Positions 11,520-23,097 of a DNA stretch of 64,000 bases are shown in pieces. Made by a program: the position numbers and the translations under genes. The notes under the pieces are model-generated. The model searched no databases and was not told the origin of the DNA. It saw nothing but the letters and a program-made list of their open reading frames with translations. Each line of letters starts with the position of its first letter. The stretch's first letter is position 1. Source of the DNA: Paragordius varius (lineage: Eukaryota; Animalia; Nematomorpha). The stretch spans positions 2,728,001-2,792,000 of the forward strand of contig OZ176050.1 in the NCBI GenBank assembly GCA_964247055.1. Reading direction: 5' to 3'.

Positions 11520-14500
11520 TCAACCACCCAATTGTATCATCGGTAAACTTGTGGATAACTTTTCATCTGTATAGTATATAAAAATAGCAAAAAGCTCAGT
11601 ATAATAGTTATCTGGAAAAATATAGTTACTATAATTGATCGTATAAAAAATTACAACGTTATATCTAACCAAAATGGATAATTAAAATTGTTTTAAATTT
11701 AAAAATTTCTAATAAATTTGGAAGTTTTTTCACATGATTGAGTATTTCAATAATGATACTTGCGTTTTATATCTCTAAATTTTTTTTTAAAAAAAGGCAA
11801 AAATGCCTCTAAAAGCCAATAGATATCCTATACTTTCAGTGTGATGTGCCTTTTTAGTTGTCATGTATGATCGTATATTTTCCATTACAACGGTTTCCCA
11901 CTCTTGATCATTGAGATTGTGAGAAAAAGAGCCCCTTAGGTAAGGTTTAAAGTCAAATGCATTATGACCAAAAATGCAATGCTGCAAATATAATAGCATA
12001 CATATACTAATTATGTTTAAAAACTTTATTGTATATATTATATATTTTTAACAATTCAAAAATTAAATTTAAACATAATCTTAATAACTAAATAGTATGT
12101 TTTAACTAATTTTTAGCGTTTCATTCGAAGATAAGATAAAACAAAAAATATATAAACAACAATTATTTTTTCCAAGGACGCAAAAAATTTTCCATCAAAC
12201 AAGCTCATATTAAAAATAAAACTTAAAAGAAGCATATTACTTTAAGTAATCCATTAGATGTTAAACGTATCCTATTGCAACTTCCACAAAAATGTTGCGT
12301 CATTGTAGATATAAAACCTATACGGCCAACGAAACCTGGAATTTGATATACCTAAAAAGTTAAAAGTATAAAAGTTAGGTAGGTGGTAAGGTCTAGGACT
12401 CCAAATTCGGAGTTTTGTGGCCATGAAGTAATTCCCGCCATAACTTACGATCTTTACATTGTTCTGTCATGAAACTACGTTAATTCAAGTTCATTTTTAT
12501 ATTCTCATTATAGAAAAGGGATGGTCGCTTTTTTTTTCTTTTTCCATCAACATTGATGTTTTCAACAGTTTTTAAGGGTGGGTGTCATCTCTTCTTTGAG
12601 TATGACCGTAGACACGCAATCTATTAGTTTGGATGATATAATCGATTTTATCTGTTTTTTAATAAAAATTATAGTGTACGAAAGCAGCTTTTGAGTATTC
12701 GGCTCTCACTAGATAGGAGTTTTGTTTGATTAGTTTTGTTTTATGCCCAAGTTTCAAAACCATAGGTAAGAGCTAATCTTATTCCTGCTTTGTAAACTAT
12801 GGCCAACAAAGTCCTATTGCCACCTCCCTCCGGTGTTTGCTGGGGCATGAAAATGCACTAACGGCAAAGGCCAGTTTTTCTAATGATTTGTAAAATCATT
12901 AGTTGTACACAAGGGCATGTACGTGAAAAATTGCCTCAATAAACCATGAAGTATTAATAATATGAATATAAAAAAAGTATAACGGTCATGAAATCAACTA
13001 AATATATATATATATATATATATATAAAACTGGTTAATTTTTATAAAAATAAAATTTTAACAAAACATAATAAAGACACCAGTAACTGATTATAAATATA
13101 TACTTTAGTAATTTAATAACCAGGATATATCAATCCAAAAAAGATTATATGAAATTAAAATTTCTGTTAATACAAACTTTAGCACTAGATCCTTTGATAG
13201 TATTAATACGTTCGATGTTTGGGTAACCAGATTTAATTTTTTCAAGTATTTCACCATACGGTACTAATTTAGACGTGTCCCAACCATTGTCAAGGAAAGG
13301 CATATATTCAATAAATCTCACTTCTACGTCCTGCCCTTGTTAATAAAAAGTTAAAGTACTAAATTTTAAAATTATGAAAAAACTATTAAATAGTATTTAG
13401 CAAATTGTATACATATGAAATTTGTCGAAAATTTATGTAAATAATTAAACACTATATTTATAAAACTAGGATATAAATGGTATATTTTTTAAAGTTTTGC
13501 AAGTAGATATTTTTGAAACTAATTATAAACCGCTAATTTTTCAAATAATAGTTTACCAAAATGCTGTCAAAATAAATAAAGTTATTTTTAATTTAATTTT
13601 TTCGCGATTTAAATTTTAATGGCACAAATACATTTAAAAATTGCCCTTATTGTAATCGGTGTCACTATTAAATACAAAGCTTTCATGGAAAATAACCCAA
13701 AAAAATGTTAGATTTAAATTTGCAAAATGAAGCCATCAAATAAGTAAGCGTTGAAGGCTCTTTATGATAAATTAATATAAAACTTATGTGAACCTCTTAA
13801 TTTTAATAAATATCTAACAAAGTTACAAATTAATAATTATTTTATGTTAAGTTTCTTAAAATAATAATATACTTGATTGCATGCCAAATCTACAAATTTA
13901 AAAATTTCATCCTCATTAAAATTACGCATGATGACGCAATTGATCTAAAAATAAAAATGCATATACTTTTATAACAGGAAAAAGTTTGTTTCTTAAACAT
14001 TGAGTTAGACCAGTAAAAACTTTTTCGAATCTTTGAGATGATTTGCGTTTACAACCTTTAAGTTATATTGATTAAAACCTGTTATTTTGGAAAATTTAAT
14101 TGGATCTAATGTGTCAAGAGATACATTTAAATTTGTAAGTCCAGAATTTACCAAGGAATTTAACCGCTCCATTAAAAAATATCCGTTTGTTGTCAAACCT
14201 ATGGTTGCAATATCGGTATTAATTTTTATGTGGTCTAAATATCAAATAATGTTTAAAACTTATAAGTTTTATCGTATCTGATTTTAATAATGGTTCACCA
14301 CCGGTAATTCTAATTTTTTTTATGGAAGCATTTTTGTATAGCAGGTCAACAATTTTAGTTAATTCTGCAAAACTTAATTGGTGTTCAAAATATTTGTGAT
14401 TAATTTGTTGGGGATAACAATAATTACCTAAGGTTATTTTTGGCTTACATCTAAAATTGCACTTATCAGTAACGCTTATTCTCAGATAATTGTGCAACCG

Positions 14501-14634
14501 AAAATAATTGTCGTAAAGGCCAGTCCCTAGCGACCTACATGCTTGTGTCATGTGTTTTCATGGTATATCAAATCTGACATATGGTTGAGACGCTTTTTTA
14601 AAATATTGGCATTCGTTTTCTGTGCAGAAAACAT
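11520..14634 (-). CDS. MOCS1: GTP 3',8-cyclase (molybdenum cofactor biosynthesis protein MOCS1A / MoaA), about 350-360 aa
   Basis: Exons (minus) 14634-14579 and 14534-14449 (or a single first exon 14551-14449), then 14427-14260, 14234-14079, 14055-13967, 13944-13873, 13330-13178, 12351-12241, 11981-11834, 11566-11520. Spliced product has YLRISVTDKCNFRCNYC (CX3CX2C), KIRITGGEP, GLTTNG, NVSLDTL, INCVIMR, VRFIEYMPF, FCGSCNRIRLTSNGLLKHC (CX2CX13C) and terminal PMIQLGG-stop. Confidence 0.93.
12500..12900 (-). mobile_element. Decayed non-LTR retrotransposon (RTE-like) RT C-terminal fragment inside MOCS1A intron
   Basis: Minus-strand translation VYKAGIRLALTYGFETWA*NKTNQTKLLSSESRILK and, frameshifted, IQTNRLRVYGH and DGKRKKKRP resemble the LYK..IRP.LTYG.ETW / RLRW.GH / G.RP.GRP tail of LINE ORF2. 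Boundaries approximate. Confidence 0.65.
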
Positions 14635-15307
14635 TTCATGAGGAAAATTGTTATATAGTATTTAAAATATTTTTGCTAAGAGTAAATGCAATTAAATAAT
14701 TATATAACATTTTTTGCCAAATATATTGAAAAAACCAGGATAGTATTACCTATTTTTCTGTAAGGCCATTTTTTAAATATCAAGAGCTTTCCTTATTTGA
14801 TATCTGTAAAGCCTAATATAGGGTGACCAGATTTTTTTATGGAAAAAGGGGGACAAATCTGAGAAAGGGGGCCCGGAGGTACAACCAAAAAAATTTATTG
14901 TAATTTTTATTTTTAACACAAATAGATATATATTAAAAAATTTGAATCTTCGATATATTTTTTATTTGAATTGCAGATTATCATCATTTTTTAAAATATT
15001 GTAGAAGTCTATACAAGAATTTGTAAAATTATATTTGACAGATAAAATGGCCCTTAAAGTTTCAACATTTAAATTTGATTCCGATGTCCACAACTGCTGT
15101 AGAAATAACGCGCTTAGTAGCAGCGTTGGTTCCAGGCAAAGATAGTGCAAATTCCACAATTTTTATATTATAGTATGGAACATATTTTGTTTAATCTAAC
15201 CATTTCGTTTTCACTGTATTTTTTTTGTTGCTCATAATTTAAATTATTCATTATTAATATATTTTTTAACTAATGAAACTTCAGAAAAAAGATCATTTTC
15301 TGAAAGA

Positions 15308-15826
15308 TTACTTTTTGGGAATTTTTAGGAGATGCAGGTGTAAATGATTTTGGAATATCGCACCAAATGCTGGTTTTACTGTTATCCAATAAAAATGATC
15401 AATTTCATTGAATTGCACCGTCCAGGCTATCAAATAATTACAGTTTGTATAAAACATTATATGGTACATGTTATTTTGGCAATTTATTAAACCTTGTTTT
15501 TCTAAAATGCTTATAATATTGCGGATTGCTAATGGTATAAAATTATTTTCTCTTTCTTGACATTGGAATTTTAGGTTAACTTCATTAGCTAATTCGATTG
15601 GCGAAATTTTACCACCTTCTATCAATTTAATAGCATTTTGAAAGAGAAAAGCTTGATTATGTAGGAACTCTAACCATATTTTTAAAAAATCACATTCAAA
15701 AAACTTTCCAAAGTTATGGTACATTTGTCGTGATAAAAAATAGGATTTTAAAGGATCATACATTTTTAAATTTTTTTCGATAGCTGGCAGAAGAGCTAAC
15801 CAACAAGTTTTACAATATCCGAGCAT
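15308..15826 (-). pseudogene. hAT transposase fragment
   Basis: Longest surviving ORF of the outer element; neighbouring segments are frameshifted or contain stops. Confidence 0.8.
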
Positions 15827-16457
15827 TTTTTGATATTGAACTTAAAGTCGGATAACTGATATATGATGGGTATAAACATCAAACATATTACTGTGAGCGG
15901 CATTTTCACAGAATTCCTTTAGCGTTACCACGCGTACCGTGTTACATAAAAATAGGAATATACAACAATTACATTTTGCACATCTAGGGGTAGCAAATCA
16001 GCAGCTGTTTGAATAGCGTTGTGTATTATATGCTCTGCACACCCAACGCCGATAATGTTTTGATTAAGATTATCTGCTAATTTATAAAAAATATTTTTTG
16101 TTCCCCTCCTTGCTTTTCCACCGAAGTTTGTATTAGTGCTGTAAGCGCAATATGCGATGATTTTGTCTTTTAATTTTTTTTTTCATATTCATTATTGAAG
16201 TAATTATGTCGGAATTTTCACCGGGTAGAAAAATCAAATCAAAAAATCCTATTAAAGTAAAAAATAATTTTGTTTCTTTGTAATTTGATGCATCGAGTAT
16301 AGCGATATGAAATACTTTTCAGCACTTTTTGTATTTCAGTAAATGCTTGTGGAGAAAGGACATTGCACACAATGGCTTCAGCCTTTGTACGGGCACATGT
16401 AAATTTTTATTGAATAAGGTACGAATAACCTGTGAGGTACAATCTATAGATTCAAAG

Positions 16458-18167
16458 CAGGGTTTCTTAAACTATGGGTCGAGACCTCATTTGGGGTCGC
16501 GTAGCAAAATTATGGGGTCGCGAGTGATAAAAATACAATTTAACAAAAAAATCTTTTTAAACTTGTAAAATTATTGTTATAAAGAAAAATAACAATGATC
16601 GTATATAAATATATCCTAAAATCTTCTGGTTCGGAAAGACTCTTTATACCAGCATTTCCATATCGATCATTATAATCTATATATATTTATAAAAATGGAA
16701 TAGGCTGGCTTTGTGATATGTTTCCGGAAAACTGGTGGGCCCATTCAAATCCAAATGTCAAATAATCATTAATGAATTCCCCGACAATAACTTGGCCCTT
16801 TTTTGAATTAGGCTCCTAGTTCGGGCTCAACCCGTGAACGGTTTTTGAAAACACAAGCCCGCAAAAATCGTGTCTTTGCAATTTTCCGAAAAACGTGTTG
16901 GTCAATTTCAAATATGATTCTTTTTACCTTTTTTCTATTGCGCCGAACATAATCGGCTTACTTTTTTAATTTAGGCTCTCTTTTTACACTCTTCCCCCGT
17001 ACAATGCTAATTTTTTTCAAAAAAACCCAGTAATATTAATGAGAATTCCAGGTATTCCCTGATAAAAGGCAAAAGTTATAGTCTTGCGTTTTTTTAATAT
17101 TGGCTTCTGGGTAAACAGATAGCCGCTTAAACTGCGCCTATATATAGAAATGGCGTTGTTTTGGAGCTAATTTACAGATATAAAACCATATGAGCTCATT
17201 GAAAGCTTGAAATATTACTCGTAACTAGGTAGAGGTCGGGCTTTTTTATTTGCCGTTAATTTGGGGTCTTTATGCCCTCGCCATCATATAACGATTATTT
17301 AGTGTTGAGGTATTTTTCGAATAACTCATGAGACGATGGTATCAAAGATGATTCCAAATATTTCTCTATAAAGGCAAAGAATTTAATCAGCGCTTTTTCC
17401 ATATAGGTCTATGGGTAGGGGTCTACCGGTTTAAAACTGAGACGCCAATAGGCGTAGTTTTGGAACTAATTTTCAAGAATTTAGTCAAACACATTTCTGG
17501 ATAATTTGTATAATATCATTCTTTCCTTTAGAAACCACAAATGATTTACTTTTTATATCCCTTGATCCCAGATGTGTGAACACAATTTTAAAATAGAACT
17601 TTTAGCCATGATTTCGTAAAATGAAAATCTTATGATAAATTCCAATGATAATAGAATATTAACCATAAGCATATGGTCAATTTCGAGTAAACAATATTTG
17701 AGCCTATGCAAAAATGTAAAAGAATAATTAAAGACATTTTTTATTAAATATGGTTTTATTATTTTTTATCTCCATTAACTCTATTTATTGCAAATTATTA
17801 GGAATAATTATCGGTGGGACTAAGTCACAGCTAAGCGTGACAGGGCCAGCTAGTATCTTGTATAAATTTATTATGAATTAGAAAATGTTATAGAAATTTA
17901 CAAAAGATTTATTTTTGTCAATCTCTTAAAAGTGAAATTATCTTGTATAAATTTACTATGAATCAGAAAATGTTATAGGAATTTATAAAAAATGTAGATT
18001 TATTTTTGTCAATATCTCAAAACCGTATTAATCCTAATAAATATTATTAATAAAATTTCTATATGTTATTTCGAAGAAACTATTACTTTCTTTTATATTT
18101 GTTGGGGTCGTTAAGAAACACGCCATCATAAATGGGGTCGGGAACTCCAAAAGTCTAAGAAGTCCTG
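16458..18167. mobile_element. Non-autonomous hAT (Charlie-like) element inserted into the outer transposase
   Basis: TIRs CAGGGTTTCTTAAACT / AGTCTAAGAAGTCCTG; degenerate TSD ATTCAAAG / ATCTAAAG (6/8). Removing it rejoins the transposase as HNHSFR-SIDCTS. Confidence 0.8.
16676..17853 (+). mobile_element. Non-autonomous Helitron nested in the inner hAT element
   Basis: 5' A|TCTATATATATTTATAAAAATGG; 3' hairpin GTCAC-agctaagc-GTGAC followed by AGGGCCAG-CTAG|T. A-T target, no TSD. Strong similarity to 52330-53785. Confidence 0.8.
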
Positions 18168-18483
18168 ATCTAAAGGAATGATTGTGATTAACGGCGTGAA
18201 AAGATAAAACTTCGGCTAGTGCCAAATTTTTTTCTTCCTTTCCAAAAGCGGTTTTTTGATAAAAATCGCTCATTTTGTAATATGATGCCGCCATATCTAA
18301 ACTTTTTTATGTTTCTGTTTCCATATGCTTTGTAATATCATGCTTGCCGCCATGCGCTAGGAAATCTCCTCGCATAAAGAACATTTAACAAATGATTCAT
18401 TCTTCGTTTTTTTGATAAAAGAAAATTCTTTCATTAATTCATCGTTGATACAACCTTTCTTGTACTCATATTTTAACTAATAA

Positions 18484-18675
18484 TTAGTATAAAAAAATAT
18501 TATATTACCCTAATTTTCTGGAGTAAACGTATAAGATACCGATTTGTGCTATTAATTTGTCTTTTTGATAATGTTGGTAAATATTAGTATAAAAAAATAT
18601 TTTATCACCTTAATTTTCTGGACTAAACGTATAAGCTACCGATTTGTGGTATCCTTTGTCTTTTTGTAATGTTGG
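18484..18675. repeat. Degenerate tandem duplication of about 95 bp inside the outer hAT element
   Basis: TAGTATAAAAAAATAT...TAATTTTCTGGA.TAAACGTATAAG.TACCGATTTGTG occurs twice in tandem. Confidence 0.75.
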
Positions 18676-19141
18676 CAGTAGGAGTAGGGAGCAAAGTGTA
18701 TAATCATATGAAATCAATTCGCAAAGAATAAATATTTTTAATTTAAAAATAAATTTTTTTATTTAAAATTGATATAAATTTTATAATAAAAAATTTAAAC
18801 GAATAAAATAATATATTTTTTTATAAAAAAAATTTTATAATCGTGAAAAAGCGGGACATTTTTAAAACGTAGCGGGACGTCTGGTCACCCTAACCTAATA
18901 TTCAGGCAATATTCTTGTATTAGATATGTTTTGCCCCGGAAACGTACATATAACGAATCTTTCTGGTTCCTATGTCTAAAGGTGTTGGGATAATCCTCTC
19001 TCTGGTTAGTTCGGATTTAACAATGTAGCACTCATTTCATTAGTGAATCGCTTTGTATGCCCTGACATGGGTCTCCCCTGTAATTTGTCTTTAATGGTTG
19101 ATATCGAAAAGGAATTGGGGTTTATAAACGTTGCTATATTT

Positions 19142-20712
19142 TAATGTGACCAGATAGGCTGTTTTTCGCAGTACAGTACTGGATTTTCAGAAAAAATTGC
19201 GACTGTACTTCGCCCATTTTTGTACTGATTTTACAAATTAAAAAATTTAATTTTTCATAAATATATATTAACCTTTTATTTATTCAAAAAATTATTTGAA
19301 ATTTGATATAGTACCCTCTGTAAAAATAGCCCCATAATTTGTAAAGAAATGCTTTATTTTGCGGTAAAAAACTAAGATTGGCCTATTTTTAATTGGTTAA
19401 TATATTTTCTACTCGAATTATTTATAAAATTGGAATTTGGATCGGTCAAACCGCTTATGATTCAGCTTTCGCGCTGGCGAAACTATAAATCTCACCGTAA
19501 GATTCAGGCTAAGGCTCTTTCACTCAGGGCTTCCACAAAAACAGCCTCAAAATACAAAATTAATTTATGATATTTTAATAAATGTTTGATCAGATTTAGA
19601 CAGTTCATTTTTTATTATAATTATCAAACGGAAAATTGTTTTTCCCGTAACTAGTATTAAAATATATATGGCATATGATTTCGAAATAACCTTTTTTTCG
19701 TATTAAAAAATTAATGATTTTATGTTTCTATACTCATTAGTTGGGAGGTATGGTACTTAATTTTTTTTCTAAACTTTAATTAACTATATATTAAAAATTA
19801 AAATATGCATCCTTATAACATTAGCATTTAAGCATATCAAGTTATTTCGAATAACAAAATAATCTAGCCCTGTGCAAAATAAATTACATATATGTGAACC
19901 ATAAAAAGAAAAACATCTTATATTTGGATATTAATTCATTGATGAAAGAAACTGAAAAAACTAAGTATTTTTTTGATATCCAGCATTCTATGGATTTAAA
20001 GATTTAGAAGGAAACAAACATGTGAAATAATTCATTTGAAAACAAAATTTATGATTAAATTTGATTGAATATATTTGATAATAAATATAAAAAAATGTAT
20101 AATATAATTTTTCTGAAACACAAGCTTCAGCATTGTTTTACAATCTCCAATATCGCATGATATTTACTTAAGTAAAAAATGGTAATGACCATGGTCTGAC
20201 TGTGTCTGACCGGACTTTTTTGAAAATGAGTCAAATGCACAACCCTAATTATAACATCTCAACCGTTTATATCGTTTCCATCATGCGCAAAATAGTATGA
20301 AGTATACTTCAAAACAATTTCGCTAAAAATTAAATTTTTGAAATTATGCATTGTTTAAATATTTAGTTGATATTAAAATTTAGCATATATTTAAAATTAT
20401 TGCACAATGTCGGAATTTTTGCGTTTATTTTAAGAGAACAGTCCATTTTAATAGAGCCAAAAAAAATTGGATTTTCAGAGCCCACATCTTAAATTTAAAT
20501 TTTTAAAAATATTGTTTTGCTTTTTATATGTAATTTATGTTATATTTTAGTCATTTTTTTTAATAAAGCATTTGGCTGTCACCAAAAAATATATTTGAAA
20601 TAATTGCATACAAATTTTATACGGAGCACTTACCACAAAAGTGTAAATAACTTTCTTTAATAATAAGGGTCAAAACTAAAAGAACCACGATAATCCTGAT
20701 ATTTTCCTATCA

Positions 20713-20748
<36 letters not shown>

Positions 20749-21455
20749 CATCTGGATATTTTTTTGTGGAAACTGTGAAATATAACACACCCTTGGTGTA
20801 AAAACAGGCAAAGTATGCTTTAATTTTGTACTGCGTCAAAGTTCAAAATATCTGGTCACATTATATTATTACCAGATATTTCTTGACGCAGCATATAATT
20901 ATAACATACTTTGCCTGATTTTTACTGTTATCTGTGTTTTATATAGTTGCATTGAAAATTGATTCTTTTAATGCGAAGAATCGAATTAACGTTTCATGGT
21001 ATGTTACTTGATAGACAAATACTCGAAAAAGAAAATTAAAATGGAAAAAATTGATAAAAAAAATATTTGTTGTGTGTGTGTTAAAAATTCTAAAATTTGT
21101 TTGGACAGAAATATATAACAAAACTGGATACAAGTTTGAGTTTATGAAAGTAAAAAATTGCGAAATAACATTCCCACAAATGAGAATATAAAACAAAAAA
21201 AATATCCCTTTTTTACTACGAGGTTATAAAATATAAAGTGTTACGGAAATATCAATTTTGTATAATTTTCTTTTTGATAATTTTAATTAAAGTTAAACAA
21301 AACTTAAACAAACCTATATTTATAAACAAAAATTACTTTCCAAATTATTTAAAATTTTTACTAAAATAGGAATTTTAAATTTTGAGATTTCTTACAGGCG
21401 CAGTTTTTCGAAACCTCATTACTGTACTGCGAAAAACAGTCACGTGATCGCATTA
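19142..21455. mobile_element. Old non-autonomous TIR element (hAT-like), possibly composite
   Basis: Left TAATGTGACCAGATAGGCTGTTTTTCGCAGTACAGTA is matched in inverted form by TACTGTACTGCGAAAAACAGTCACGTGATCGCATTA (21420-21455). A second inverted end TATCTGGTCACATTA lies at 20849-20863. Flanks TGCTATAT / TGCTATAG are slightly offset. Confidence 0.55.
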
Positions 21456-21801
21456 TGCTATAGGGGTTTTCCTTGACAACAATATTGGCCAAAATAAGCA
21501 TATTAAACGCCAAGGCAAACTGGTTATTTACAAAAATCACGGTCAATCTCGACAGATATGGAACAGATACCATTTTGATTTAGAAATATCATTGTATATC
21601 AATTTTATATTTGAATAATCGGTATTATTTAACTTAATACTTTTTAGAAAAGCAGTTTGCCATAAAACTTAGTACAAATAACCATAGTTGTGCATTTGTT
21701 TCATGCCAGTTTCTTCTTAAAACTTAAGATATCGATATATATGGCGATTCTTATACTATAAAACTATAAATTTATTTATAAGCATGTAAATAGTATAGCG
21801 C

Positions 21802-23097
21802 TTAATGCGATATGAGATCCAAAATAATTTGATAAACTGTTTGCGGTGCATCTATACCCCAAATAAAATCAAGGTGATTATAATGGGGTAAATGATAATT
21901 TTTCCATTTGACTGATGGATCCAGTTGTGAGGTGAACAGCGCCAAATCTTTTGGATCTGAAATCCAATCTTTCCCACCAGTGTACAAGTAAAGTGATATG
22001 TTTTGGATAAGTTTGATATCATACATTGGAGGGGTTGGCTGTTGATACATCTCCACATTACCGAACGGGCCATAATCATACATGTCATAAAGGCCAGAAC
22101 GGATACCTTGAACAAAATGAATCATGTTTTTAACAGAGGTACCGGCAGGACTGTGAGCAAAGTACGTCGGTATTCTTGACTAAAATTATTTGCGTTAAAA
22201 AAAACTTTGAACTTTGTTGAGATTGATAGAATCTGGGCCACATATAAGGAAAAGCGTATTCGAACAAACAGATCTTACAAGTCTATGATCACAAAACAAT
22301 TCAGTCAATTCATCAATTATTTTGTTAGCTGGTAAAAAGCTTTTATCTTGTCCTAACATATACTCCAAAATTTCCAGAGAAACGGGTAATCGAGAAAACG
22401 TTTCTAAAGGCCCATAGGCGTTTTTAATGAAGGCCACTGGTGATAAAGCATGAAAAGATCTTATAGATAGGGAATTAATAAGACCTACATATATTAGTTA
22501 TATCGTAATTTACCTTTTGCGATTGCAGAAAACATAATTAATGTCCCCTGCGAGTGTCCAACATAATGAAGAGACTTTTCCTTGGTAATATTTAAAATAT
22601 AATGAACAATAACCGGCATATCGAATTGAGCCATATCGTCCCAACTAATATTCATACCAAAAATATTTAACCTGAAATCCCAAAATTTTGGATCTTTTAT
22701 TGTCAAATTTATATGCTTATTGGAATAGGTATTACCGCGAGAATTAGAAATCCAAACCTCATAGGATAAATCGGCCATAATAAATGCTTGATCATTAATA
22801 AATTTAAAAACCAAGACTTCCTTTTACTTGGTTAAGGACCCACATTGCTGAAGAACAAAGCAAACCATGCTGTAAAAGTACTACACCTTTAGATTCTTGT
22901 TTTGGTATTATTCTTTGTAAACTCAATATATATCCGTCTTGTGTGGAAATCTCATGATTTTCGACTTTATATCCATAGAATGTAATTATTTCGCTCTTAA
23001 AAAATTATTTTTAATTTACCACATTCTTTGATGTTTCAGGATCTTTAGAGGCATGTGTAAGATAAATTTTTAAAAAAAATAATGATAAAAACAACAT
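21802..23097 (-). CDS. Secreted/lysosomal acid lipase family (LIPA/gastric lipase-like), 385 aa, 6 exons
   Basis: Exons 23097-23020, 22995-22812, 22786-22672, 22644-22514, 22484-22213, 22179-21802. Signal peptide MLFLSLFFLKIYLTHA, DPE, TQDGYIL, LLQHGLLCSS, NSRGNTYS, FWDFSWDDMAQFD, GHSQG, PAGTSVKNM, GGKDWISD, YNHLDFIWG. Confidence 0.93.

Larger units (their letters stand above)
14819..18892 (-). mobile_element. hAT DNA transposon with a disrupted transposase (outer element of a nest)
   Basis: TIRs TAGGGTGACCAGA / TCTGGTCACCCTA; 8-bp TSD GCCTAATA / ACCTAATA. Minus-strand transposase remnants: FHAVNHNHSFR|SIDCTSQVIR (split by the inner element), WLALLPAIEK...LKMYDPLKSYF (15308-15826), QLWTSESNLNVETLRAILSVKYNF (14962-15159, hAT dimerisation-like). 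Confidence 0.88.

Noticed and set aside
11520-14634. Horizontal transfer of a bacterial moaA
   Set aside because: The gene has eight or nine spliceosomal introns, several at positions that appear to match animal MOCS1, so vertical origin is simpler.
18905-19130. Possible LINE 3' tail (GRPMSG...KRF) on the minus strand
   Set aside because: Similarity is too short to support.
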